Source: Octopus vulgaris (taxonomy: Eukaryota). Taken from it: a DNA stretch of 64,000 nucleotides. The translations under genes and the position numbers were made by a program. Of this stretch, positions 1 through 12,018 are shown piece after piece. The first letter of the stretch is position 1; each line of letters starts with the position of its first letter. Below the pieces are notes generated by a model. It was not told the DNA's origin. It saw nothing but the letters and a program-made list of their open reading frames with translations, and did not search any database. The stretch is taken from contig OX597820.1 of assembly GCA_951406725.2 (NCBI GenBank), positions 22,754,001 through 22,818,000 of the forward strand. The letters are read 5' to 3'.

Positions 1-206
1 CTTTAGTTCCAGTTACAACTTCATTATTTTCGACTTTCAGGCACTCTATGTGCTTGGAGTTGCATTGAAGAACGAGCAGTAAAATACTGAAAATAATTAG
101 CATCAAAGACAGATTGATTTAAATGAGGAAAATAGGTACTAAAGGTTTTCCTGTTGTGATCTTTTAATAAGAGTGTATGTAAGCAAAATAATCTATTTAT
201 CTAGCA

Positions 207-607
207 TCGTGATTCGTCATCATTTAACAAACACATTTTTATGGTTGCACAGGTCAGGTGGAATTTGTTGAGAAAGATTTTTTAAAGTCAGATGCTCTTT
301 CTCTCACAAACCCTCACCTCTTTCAAAGCAAGGTAGTATTTCTCATGGCAAGACACATTTTTCACAGAAGACTGGAAACAAACAATAGCTTGTAAGATGT
401 TGACACTTGATTACAACCGTTATGTGATACCAATACAAGGATGGACACACACGAGCTTCTTTTTGGTTTCTCTCTACTAAATCTGTTTGCAAGGTTTTAA
501 TTGACCAGGGTCTGTAGTATAAGACAAGCCTGAGGTGCAGTGCTGTGGGACTGAACCTGAAATAATACGGTTGGGATGCAAGCTTCTCAACCACATAGCT
601 ATGCCTG
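207..607 (-). mobile_element. Degenerate composite of an RTE-tail-type repeat and a tRNA-derived SINE head
   Basis: Similar to the copy at 3945-4298 and to the SINE head 'gtgggactgaacc...cttctcaaccacatagc' seen repeatedly in the window. Confidence 0.6.
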
Positions 608-2424
608 TGACAATCAATCATTTTTATTAAAAAAAAACAGGAAAAAAGAGCCCCTTCATACAAAGTTATAATAAGAATAAGGTTTATATTTTCCTTAGTG
701 TTATCATTACCACTAACTAAATATATTTAACAATACTTCATTATCCAACATGAATTAATATATTCAAAACAGCCACAATTTAGCTGCTTCATACTTAATT
801 GCTTACTGTTTGTAATATTAAAAAAAAAATCTAGACACCAATTGAAAGATAATAAATAAATGAATAAATTATAGATGCAATTAATTGAAAGCGTATGTTA
901 GTTTTACGCAATATATTTTGTGGTAGTTTTATGTAATGTATTTTGTAATTTATGTAATCTATTTTGTGCAGAAACCTATGTTGTCTTTACATAATATCTA
1001 GCAATTATGATACCTATCAGGTGGTTGGAACTGATGTGTGTGTGTGTGTGTGAGTGTGTAGATAGACAGATATAGATATTTTGGGTATGTAATTTAAATT
1101 ATGTCATTTGCACATTGATGTAAATTGCAATGTAAAATAAGCTATATTACTGAAGCACATATTGATATTTCTACACATTTAAATATGGAAAATTTATAAA
1201 TATATAAAACCATGTTTGAATTTATATCACCCTCTCTCGTTTTTTGTATTTACCAGAGAGAGGCACATGCACACACATACACACACACATATATATAAAT
1301 TCAGAAAAGAGAGACAGACAAAAAGTGTTATATTTTAGGATTAAAACTCTATGGACAAGAAAGAAAAGATTTCATATCATGGACATAGAATTTAAACTAC
1401 TTTTAAACAAATGCAAATAGGTAAATTATCCCAGCCAACACTTATTTCAAAATAGATATATAACATTTTGTGAGAGACAGTTGCTAGTTCTTTTCTCTTT
1501 TCTTTCTTTCTTTCTTTTTTTTTTTTTGTATGTGGTGGATTTATTCAGTAAAGACTATTGTGATTCTAGTTTCAGGTGATAAAACAAGATGTGCAGATGA
1601 AACCTAGTGATTTCACTGAAAAAAAAAATAAAGTAATAAATAAAAATGAAATATAAATAAATAAGAAGTAAATGAAATCAGCCTAGTCTTCAATCTTACA
1701 TGAAACCTATACAAAACAAAGCAGTTTCTTGCAAATATTATCATTACATGATATTGAGATGTGATATGACAAGTAATTTCTTTTTGGTTTCATACAAAGA
1801 TGAAGCAAATTGTAAAAATGGAAGCAAAAGAAAAGGAGAGGCAAATCCTAACTCGACATTACTAATTTACAGAGACTATACATTCCAAGAACATAAAACA
1901 CTTCCTCCGCCCTTGAACACAGCTAAAAGTCATCTAACCCCATTCAAGTGTTAGGTTTTTATTGTCTGTCCCAGGTAATGATTCAAGGTAACCAAACAGC
2001 TTTCAGTGAGCCATGGCAAAAGCTAAGTTACTTTCTTGCTAGTTAGATCAAATTCAACAATGAATTATTTTGACCCTTTAAAATCAAACATTAATTAGTG
2101 TGTGGTCAGCTTTACTAGCCCTTTCCAAAAAGGACTAGTAATTCAGTCCCTCCCCCCACACCTGTTAGGAATATTTGGGATAAAGAATTTTACGCCCAAA
2201 ACACAATGAAACATTCATAAAGGATTGTAACTCACAACCTAAGTGCTGGTAATACAATACCCTATCAACTTACACATACCTATAGAAGCTGAATTAGATG
2301 TAAAGCACAAATTCTTCTTTTACTTCAGTGCTATTCTTTCCTCTGGAACAGTGCATTCTACCCACTCCCCACCACCACATATCTCTCTCTGTCTCTCTCT
2401 CATCCTGACCCAAATGCTCTAGAT

Positions 2425-2700
2425 CAGTGTTTCTCAACCAGTTTTCACCTATGGACCCCTTTAAACCCTATTTTACTCAGGTGTACCCTCATAACCATTC
2501 CACTCAGGTAGATCCTCATAACCGTGTTTAAAAACTCTGATGGTATTTTTTATAATTAAATATTATTAGCAATTGAATAAAAAATTTTTCAAATACTTTG
2601 TGCATTGTAGGAGTATAACCAATTTATTGCACATAAATTTTAACAACAGAATCTCATGTGGACCCCTGAGGGTCGTCTAGGCTCCAGTTGAGAACCAGTG
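2425..2700. mobile_element. hAT-like MITE
   Basis: TIRs CAGTGTTTCTCAAC...GTTGAGAACCAGTG; imperfect 8-bp TSD ctctagat / ctctaggc. Confidence 0.75.
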
Positions 2701-2947
2701 CTCTAGGCCAATAACTCCCAATTCATTTCATTTAATGTCCTATTAATCCTTTCAATATCTGCAGAAAACAGATATATCCACTCAAAATTTCATTATCTTT
2801 AACTGCAGAAAGCAATCTTGCTTACCAATCTTTCTTTTGTTGAGGAATGTCATGTTTGAAACTATTTTGCTTTTGAGTTATGTCAAGTTTATGAAGGCAG
2901 AAAATACCAATTCTATTTTGTGATAGATATGTAAGATAATTACTGAA

Positions 2948-3284
2948 ATCATCATCATCATCATCGTTTAACGTCCGCTTTCCATGCTGGCATGGGCTGG
3001 ATGATTTGACTAAGGACTGGCGAGCCAGATGGCTGCACCAGGCTCCAATCTGATCTGGCAGAGTTTCTACAGATGGATGCCCTTCCTAATGCCAACCACT
3101 CCGAGAGTGTAGTGGGTGCTTTTACATGTCACCGGCACAAGGGCCAGTCAGGCAGTACTGGCAACGGCCACGCTCAAATGGTGTTTTTTACGTGCCACCT
3201 GCACAGGAGCCAGTACAGTGGCACTGGCAACGACCTTGCTCGAATGGTGCTTTTTATGTGCCACTGGCATGGAAGCCAGTCAGC
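2948..3284 (-). mobile_element. RTE-LINE 3'-tail-derived SINE/fragment with (CAT)n tail
   Basis: Reverse complement of the 3' end attached to the RTE ORF at 45150-45343; multiple copies in the window. Confidence 0.85.
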
Positions 3285-3944
3285 TAACCAGGAAATTTTA
3301 ATTTTGCAGTTTAAGGGTTAAAGTGAAGGTAGCAGTAGTGTCCATTAAATAAAGCTATGCGTTCTGTGATTTGGGGAAAATCATAAAAATGTTCCATGTA
3401 AAAAACAGCAGTTAAGAACCACACTGCCATCTTGCAAAAAAGTTTTTATGCATCAACACTATCAAAAATAAAAAATATAATAACAACAACAACATATTAG
3501 ACCGTTGTTAGATCATAAAGTCTTTATGATATTTCTATTCCTTCCAACATGGTTTCAGCTATCTACAAAGCGTAACTGATACATTTGCCGTTCCAGCAGT
3601 GTTTCATTTTCCTAAGTTAGTAAGCCTAACCTAGGAACTCCTTTTCTTCTGCAAATGGTTCACGCATGTCACTAACCTGTAACTACTTAAAACTGAACAT
3701 TACTGAATCACTCATCGCTATGATTGATTCAGTAATACTTTAGCGATTCCTTGACTCTACTCTGAGCTGGATTGATAGAAGATGACAGTAGTGATAACAT
3801 TAGCGGCAATGGTGATGATAAAAGACAGTGGTGATGATGAAGATGTTAGAATCTGTCCGGTAATGTTCCAACAAAGTTTTGAATGAAAAACACAGAAAAT
3901 TACAGAAAATAAAACAAAACTATACACACACAACCACACCATTA

Positions 3945-4298
3945 TTGTCATTTAATATCCACTTTTCTATGGATCAGATGGAGATTATTGAGGTAGATTT
4001 TCTATGGCCAGATGCCCTTCTGTCACCAACCCTCACCTGGTTCCAAGTAAGGTAATATTTCCCCCATGGCCACACATTTTTTCCCCACAGAAGACTAGAA
4101 ACAAACAACCTCACATATATGATGGTAATGCTCATTTACAACCATCCTATGGTGTCAGATCAGGGACACACACACACACAATGAACTTCTTTCAGTTTCT
4201 GTCCATCAAATCCACTACAAGTCTTTGCTCAGCCCAAGACTGAACCTGAGACTACACGGTCAGTGAGCAAGTTTCCTAACCACACAGCCACACCTTCA
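3945..4298 (-). mobile_element. Degenerate RTE-tail/tRNA-SINE composite
   Basis: Similar to 207-607; contains 'gatgcccttctgtcaccaaccctcacct' and a SINE head remnant. Confidence 0.6.
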
Positions 4299-4331
4299 CC
4301 TTATACATATAAAAGCATCAAAAGTACTAAC

Positions 4332-4549
4332 CTAATTTCATTATTGATTGCATCCAGCTGTTCTTGGATCATCAAGGCCAATGTTTGTGCATCTGTATGG
4401 CCAGAGGGTGAAAGTAAGTCAACAGCGCCAAATATGGACTCTGTGTCGTCGGTCCCTTCAGTGTCACTGGTATCAAAAGCTTGTTGAACATTAGCCAACA
4501 CATGTGCTTGTTGTATTTTCTCCCACTCCTGTTCATTCAGTGTGTTCAC
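4332..4549 (-). CDS. PPFIA: Liprin-alpha exon H, 218 nt, phase 0-2: [26 protein letters not shown]...[30 protein letters not shown](R)
   Basis: Acceptor cttatttcag|GTG, donor AG|gttagt. Diagnostic liprin-alpha motifs 'V.TLNEQ.W' and '[23 protein letters not shown]'. Confidence 0.97.
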
Positions 4550-4559
4550 CTGAAATAAG

Positions 4560-5045
4560 GAAATAATAGTAATAATAATAACAATAACAACAATAATAGT
4601 TTCAAATTTTGGCGCAGGGCCAGCAAGTTTTAGGGGAAGGGACAAGCCAATTACATCAACCCCAGTACTTAACTGGTACTTATTTTATCAACTCTAAAAG
4701 ACGGAAAGGCAAAGGTAACCATGGTGGAATTTGAACTCAGAACAAAAAAAAACAGACAAAATGCCAATAAGCATTTTGCCCAGCATGCTAACAATTATAC
4801 CAACTTGCCATAATAATAATAATAATCCTTTCTACTATAGGCACAAGGCCTGAAATTTTAGGGGAGGAGACTAGTCAATTACATCGACTCCAGTGTTTCA
4901 CTGGTACTTAATTTGATCAACCCCGAAAGGATGAACGGCAAAGTCGACCCCACTGGAATTTCAACTCCGAACATAACAATGGGTGAAATGCTGATAAGCA
5001 TTTTTCCCAGCATGCTAAGGATTCTGCCAGTTTTACCATCTTTGT
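4560..5045 (-). mobile_element. Two tandem copies (about 4560-4810 and 4811-5045) of a tRNA-derived SINE with a (TTA)n tail, abutting the exon H acceptor
   Basis: Shared core 'gaccccagt..tcaactggtactt.attt.atcgacccc.gaaaggatgaaaggcaaagtcgacc..gg..gaatttgaactcagaa'. Also at about 6810-6930, 13190-13330, 27060-27250, 38031-38200, 42305-42525, 51301-51533, 53371-53606. Confidence 0.8.
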
Positions 5046-6132
5046 CATAATAATAATAATAATAATAATAATGATATCTAAAGAGTGATTTAGAAAAGTT
5101 TAAATTTCTATCTCGTTAATGATGTAGCCAGGAGGAAGGGACCCTGCCCAAGATCTCCACAGGTCCTCCAAGATTTGTGAGATCAATACAGCTGATATCT
5201 ATTTTGAACAACTGCAGGGACATTGAAAAAAAAAAAAGAGGAAAAAAAAAAGGCTTAGGCAGGATGAGATTTCTAGAAGATGAGAATGGTATGTTGGAAA
5301 AGAAGGATTAGCAAAGGTGGTTAGTGCATGGTTAGGGGACTGTATGGGTAACGGGGAGAGGAGAAACTAGCGTACTTCTTGGTTGGTGGAGTTATGCAAC
5401 CAGTAAGCTTTAAAGAGAGGCACTGTAAGTGCAAAAAAAAAAAAAAAGATGAGAATAGTATATTAGAATGACAAAATCTAAAAACCAGATTTTTTAAAAT
5501 TTCTAATTACAAAATTTTTTAAAGAAACAAATTAAAAAAAAAAAAAAAAAGCATTGAATTCTCTTTCACTTTGCCAATGGGCGATACTTCATAGAACTAA
5601 TTAAAAAATGGAATGCTGGTTTCATGCCATTTTGTGGATCACTTTTTACTTTTTCTTCTGAATCATTAGTTTTTATTTATTTACTTATTTAATTTACTTG
5701 TTACCAAATTTTAATTAATAAACTGGAAATCTGCTGCTGTTGTCCTTTATTTAGCTCTAGATCAGCCTTGGTTAAGTAGGCCTATAACCAAAAGTGCTCC
5801 AGTCTTTTAATATAACAAGGACCACATTGTCTAATAAGTTATTCCCTTTTTTAAAGATGGGAGGGTACGGTTTGAGGGAATCTGGCTCAATACAAAAGTT
5901 GTTGGTGGTTATGTGAAGAAGATAAATGAACTGAAAGGGAAGAATATGGTAGTATCCTGTTTATAGTACCTAATTTATAGACAAGGCCAAAAGCACTCGG
6001 AATATTAGATGAACTCTCTGATTTCACCTAGTTGTAAGCAACTAGAGCATGTGGTACAATTCGTTGAGATCAGTTATAGTAGGGTCAATAAAGTAAATAC
6101 CAGCTGTGCAACAGGATTAATATAACCAACTG

Positions 6133-6388
6133 TGCTGGTGGCACGTAAAAAACACCATTTGAGCGTGGCCACTGCCAGTACCGCCAGACTGGCCCTCATG
6201 CCGGTGGCACGTAAAAGCACCCACTACACTCTCACTCTCGGAGTAGTTGGCGTTAGGAAAGACATCCAGCTGTAGAAACTCTGCCAGATCAGATTGGAGC
6301 CTGGTACAGCTATCTGGTTCGCCAGTCCTCAGTCAAATTGTCCAACCCATGCTAGCATGGAAAGCGGACATTAAATGATGATGATGAA
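6133..6388 (+). mobile_element. RTE-tail-derived SINE/fragment with (TGA)n tail, nested in an older SINE remnant
   Basis: Same family as 2948-3284 in the opposite orientation. Confidence 0.85.
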
Positions 6389-7827
6389 CTTCCCTCTTCC
6401 CTCAAAATTGTTATCCTTGTGCCAAAAGGAAGAATTCAGGCACTGGAGTCATTATAATCGGCTAGACTCCTCCACCAAATTTCAGATCATGCTAAGCAGA
6501 GGAGGTGACACAGTGCCCATAGTCTTTCTAGTTTTTCCCAGATTGGTGGCATTAGAGCAGCAAATGCTGAACTTGAATACTTAGAAGCTAAAGTAAGCAG
6601 GAAAAAAATGTTGGTAGAAAAAGAACCAGTGGTTTGGATGGTAGTACTGAGTACAACTCTTCCAGCAGGAAAAGCTGTTTTTTCCTGCTGCCTGTGACAG
6701 TCTAGTGTCGTAAACTGGAAAGTATTGATCTCTCATCTATTCAATGCTATGGAAACTGGAATCTCATCTACGTAATGCTGTAATGCCATGGAACTGGAAT
6801 TAGACTATTATATAGACCCCAGTGTTTGACTGGTACTTATTTTATCACCCCTTCCCAAGGGATGAAAGTCGAAGTTGACCTCGACGGGATTTGAACTCAG
6901 AATGTAAGGAGCTGGATGAACACCACAAATATAATGGCAATATAAAGACTGATTCCATGCCATGGAAAACAAACCATCTAATTACTTATAGAAAGAAGTA
7001 AACAGAATAGTTGACTTATGAACAGAATGGCTATTGATTTCTATTATATATATTTTCTCCTCTCCTACCACTTCTCTTTTAGCTTATTTCTTTGCCATCT
7101 AGTATACATATCACAGATGGAACAGTGAAGCGATAGCTATTACCTGCACCCAGAAGGTTGAATAAACACTAAATGTCACCCACAGTTGAAGTTACTAAAA
7201 ATAAAAACTATCTCTCTTTTATGTAATTGATTTCTATGATGCTTCAGCTTGTTTTCTTTTAATGCACAAATCTTGTCTCAGAAAGTAAAAAAGAATTACC
7301 ACAGGAGGTGGAGGAGGGAAGAGTAAGAGTGAGAGAGAGAGAGAGAAGATTGCGTGGGCGGAGAAGTTGGAGGTTAGGTGCAGAGGAAGGAGATTTATTG
7401 AATTTTAAGGTAATTAATAGATTTTTTTTTCACCTTTTTCTTTTGAAAAGAATTTAAATTAAATAAGCAATTAGTTATGGTCCAGAGAGATAAATTGACA
7501 ATGAAATAGGGAATAAATTAGATAGGTAAATTCATGCCATTGAAGTGCAGTGTAAAATAAATATCATCACCAATATCATTTAATGTCCATGTTACATGCT
7601 GGCATGGGTTGGATGGTTTGATAAGCATCCAACGAGTCAAAGGACTTGATGAACAATTATATATGTAGATATATATACATAAATATATAAAAATATATAT
7701 TACACACATATCCAAAAAGTCTTCACAAACTCTGTGCAACAGTTTGTGAAGAGTTTTTCAGCTTTAATAAAAAGCTTATTATTCTACATTTGGTATTCGA
7801 GTACTATTTTTTTCCACCTTGTTTTGC

Positions 7828-7864
<37 letters not shown>

Positions 7865-7950
7865 CAATTGAATAACTTTGAAAATTTGATAATGCCATTC
7901 AATGTCAAAATTTTTATGTAATTTACACAATGATAACAAAAGCTTCTTAC

Positions 7951-8077
7951 CTTAGTGGGATCCTCTACAAGGGCCTGCTCCCTTCCACGCTGTTGCCTCC
8001 GAGAGACAGTGTCCTCCCCGGTTCCCTGAATTACAACATTTGGGGGCATAGGAGGATATTGACTGCCAATGGCTGCC
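7951..8077 (-). CDS. PPFIA: Liprin-alpha exon G, 127 nt, phase 2-0: (R)AAIGSQYPPMPPNVVIQGTGEDTVSRRQQRGREQALVEDPTK
   Basis: Poly-T tract plus taacag|G, donor AAG|gtaaga. The end resembles vertebrate 'RRPQKGRLAALRDEPSK', which precedes VQTLNEQ. Confidence 0.9.
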
Positions 8078-8914
8078 CTGTTAAATAGTGAAAAAAAAAA
8101 ATTGGAATTAAAAAACAAAGAATGGTAAAAAGACAATTTTAAAAACAAGACAAAAAAATGAATATCTTCGCCTAGGTTAAATATAAGTTCCTAAATAGAG
8201 AAAAAAAAAGTGGTGGTAAGGACACAGTTTTCATTGCAAACAGGTCATACACATGGTGGATTTACAAATGGATGATCTCTCAGATAATTATTTATTTTTT
8301 TTTGATGTTAGAAAGAACAGTTTTTTTTTTTCAAGAACACACACACATTTTTTTGTTTAGTTATCCCCCACCCTCTGAGAATTTTAAACAGCACCATCCT
8401 ACTTTTTGCATTTCTTAAAAGTGGTGCTTTTTTTTTTTTGCATATATATATATAGTACAGAAGTATCAGTTGGCAATGTCCCCAAAAGGTTAATAGTGGT
8501 GAAAAGAAATGTCTCCAAAGTATTTGTATACAACAAAAAGTTGTTGAACAGAACTGGACTGTTTCGTAATATATTTTTGATCCATATTTAAAACAAAATT
8601 AATTCTACAATCAATCTTCCTTTGATGAAGGTGTGTCACTTTCTTCATCCACAGACAAGTTAGCAACTCTGTTTCTTCTTGATGAGAACAATGAGATCCA
8701 ACTAGTGTTTTGGATACTCATCATTTTTACAGCCCTGTTACAGCTTACATGGTGGTGGATATTTACAGCTAGACTGACAGTGCCAACTGAAAACTGGACA
8801 GATTTATAAAAGTGAATTACTAAATTAAGAGAATAGTTTAGAAAGGGCTTGAAAAAAACCCTAAAATATAATAACGCAATTAAGTTTATATAGAAATACA
8901 CACATAGGCACAGA

Positions 8915-9610
8915 CATGGCACTTTGGGTGCCTTCTACTACAACCTAGGGCAACCAAAGCCTTATGAATGGATTTGGTAGACAGAAACTGAAAGAAGCTT
9001 GTTGCATATATATGTGTATTGTTTGCACCACCCACCCCACTTGACAACTGGTGTTGGTGTGTTTATGGCCCTGTAACTTATTGGTTAAGCAAAAATCAAA
9101 TGACACATGAGTTAGAATGTGTTTTCTTTCATATTATTATTATTATGATTATTATTGAGTGAGAGAGAGAGCAGTGCATGCCATCAAAGTGACACTGGTG
9201 TAAAATATATGAAGCCCAGTATACCTATCATGACTACCCATCCGATGAGGCTACACCAAGCACATGCATCACAACCAAATGTGCGCGACATGCTGATCTC
9301 ATATCATGCTAAACAGCACATGACCTTGCAGGTGGGGCCCAGTTAGAATTTTCATCTGGTCATTATTATTATTATTATCATCACTGTGTGTGTATCTTGT
9401 TTGTCCCCCAGCCCACTTGACAACCAGTGTTGGTGTGTTTACGTCCCCGTAACTTAATATTTTGGCAAAAAGAGACCAAGAGAACAAGTACCATACTCTA
9501 AAAAGAAGGCAAAAAAAAAGTTCTGAAGTTAATTCATTTGATTGAATTCTTCAAGGCAGTGCCCCAGCATGGCCACAGTCTAATGACTGAAACAAGTAAA
9601 AGATAAAAAG
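8915..9610. mobile_element. tRNA-SINE body interrupted by a partial copy (about 9136-9375) of a second repeat family
   Basis: The insert matches the reverse complement of about 35180-35360. The flanks match the 43707-44124 SINE family. Confidence 0.7.
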
Positions 9611-11683
9611 AAGCACACACACCACACACAGAACTGAATCTGTCCCGGTGCTTTCAATGGGTTAATTAGCCACACGCTCAGCAATAACATTATTCATCAG
9701 AGGGTAAACAGCAAAGCAATGACTGCGGCAAACATTTGCTTGAGAATAGCAAATGAATTAGACAAAAAAATATGAGAAATACTCTCTTTGTGGAAGGCAA
9801 AACAAAAAGAAAGAAAAAAAGTATGGCTAAAATAGGCTTTGAACCAAACACAATACTGCCAGCAGAAACAATGAATTATAATCCCAAATAGCCACTAAAG
9901 TGATATCCAGTGAAAATCAGTCTGGAGCCAAAATGCACTGTATTAGTATTAAAAAAGAAGAAAAAAAAATCAATATTTATGTTATTGGTGTTATTAAGGG
10001 TTCTTGTTTTCTATGCTCATCTTAACAGTTACTTATACAACCGTATTTCCCAGTAAAATGAAACAGGAAAAGAATGAAAACTGCAGAGACTACATACGAG
10101 AAACCAAATATGAAGTTTTAGATCTGTATTCAATTGTCATTGATTAAAAATTTTAAGTGCGCCTGGAAATGTGACTTTTACAACAAACAGAGAAAGAAAA
10201 GAAAATCAAAAAGTGTTCATGCACCCACTCAACTTTTGAGCTCTCTCTTTCTCTCTCTCTCTCACTCTCTCTCTCTCTCTCTCTATCTATCTATTCCCAA
10301 CTAATCTTTTTCCAATAATATTTTCTTGATATTCTAACTGAGAATATAGCTATGGAAAATATTAGCTGCAATATACATTGTAACAAGTGTGGGTTAATCA
10401 CCCTAGGGAGAAGAAAACTACACTTATTTGTTTTCCTATACAATATTGTTTCTGTTTTCTTTTTCTGCGTGTGCGTGCGTGTGCGTGTGTGTGTGCGTGC
10501 GTGTGTGTTTGTTCCTTATTTTTGAAAAAATCTGCAAAGCAAATATGTGAATAGCATAATGCAAAAATGCAAGATTAATCAACAGATAGCATCGGTTATT
10601 GTACTGGTATTATCATGAAATTGTATGTGGTATTATATAACTCAGTGAAGAGAAAACAATTTTCCTTCTCTATTCTTAGTTTAAGAGAGAGAGAAAGTGT
10701 GTGTGTGTGTGTTGAGGGGAAGAGAGGTGAGCCACAGAATGAAGGTGTAGGTGTATCAAGTAGATTAATTTAGATCTACTTTAACAGGTTTGTCACCTGC
10801 AGATACTGGATATTAAATTAATATTCCTTATTCAATTTCTGGCTTGGGATATCTTAAAAACTTAATGTATTTGTATACGATATGATCAATCAAACTCTGG
10901 CAGATATTTTGATAATATTGAAGTTATAGCTTGCTCACAGCACATAAATAATTGAACAGTTTCTATTCTCTCATATATATATTTTTATAGTAATTTTACC
11001 TCAGCCACCCTCTCACCCTCCTCAAATATATGGGGAGAGTCAGAAAAATAATTTTGCATATTTATCTAGTAAAAGTACCTAAATTATTAACACATCATCC
11101 ACACATGAAAATACATGCATGATCACACCCTGTATTTAATGAAATTTGTTTGTCTTCTCAATGACAGTTTCACCAGATTAGTACCGGAATATTTCACATA
11201 TATTGTTTAACATCATAGCTTTGATAAATATTTAAAACATGAAATTTAATACAAATTATAACTGAAGGATGCATGTAACCTACTTTTAAAGATGAACATA
11301 CATATACAAACATATGTACAGACAGATACATATGTACATACATACATACACCTAAAAATTCTCAGGATCATGGAAAAGAGGGCAAAAGAAGCTGATGTGG
11401 ATTCTCCAAACCCAATCTATAAGTGGCATAGTGAAGATTTGTAAGACATTTCAAAACTTTTCCATGTGAGCTTCTTATGTGAATAGAGGCACCAACAGCT
11501 CAACCGGCACACCAACCCAACCCAACCGCATATTTACAAACACCAGGAGTTCTCTTAACTCAAAAAGTCTTGTTGCCTTGTTAGTGACCAGCTTGAATTC
11601 TTTCAAGAAGAACTTAAACTGAAGGAAAAATTCATCATTCATTTGTTTGTATGCACACACACACAGTAAGCTACCTGAATTAA

Positions 11684-11905
11684 CCCTTTCGTTACCGTAT
11701 TTATTTTGAGATACTCTCTGTTTCTTTCAATCAATTTTAAACACAACAAATAATTTAGTGAAATTACTTAGTTATCATTCAGCTAGTGTTAGGAACATAA
11801 ATTGTGACTAAGGTTTAGCGGAAGATTTTAATTCAGAACTTATGAAAACAAGATATTTGTACTACAGAGCCAGAGCCAGTTTCGGCCAGGTTGGTAATAA
11901 AAGGG
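11684..11905. mobile_element. piggyBac-like MITE with TTAA TSD, about 36 nt into the intron after exon F
   Basis: TTAA|CCCTTTCGTTACC...GGTAATAAAAGGG|TTAA. A close copy lies in inverted orientation at 52833-53053. Confidence 0.85.
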
Positions 11906-11941
11906 TTAAATGTTTCCAGTTCTAAAGCTAAGCTCACTTAC

Positions 11942-12018
11942 CTTGAGAGTTGATCAAGTTGAACTCTCATGACTTCTAGCTCTTTCTTTGCTCTAGATAA
12001 ATCATCGTAAGTTCTTTC
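11942..12018 (-). CDS. PPFIA: Liprin-alpha exon F, 77 nt, phase 0-2: ERTYDDLSRAKKELEVMRVQLDQLS(R) (absent from ORF track)
   Basis: Acceptor ctttttag|GAA, donor AG|gtaagt. Open, coiled-coil-like, and its phase-2 end matches the phase-2 start of exon G. Confidence 0.88.

Noticed and set aside
10797-10805. 9-nt phase-2 microexon (ccag|TATCTGCAG|gtgaca)
   Set aside because: No pyrimidine tract and a weak donor; expected by chance.
11475-11660. ORF with a good acceptor (tttttccttcag) in the F-G intron
   Set aside because: The required phase-2 frame stops after 4 full codons, and the long ORF is in the wrong phase.
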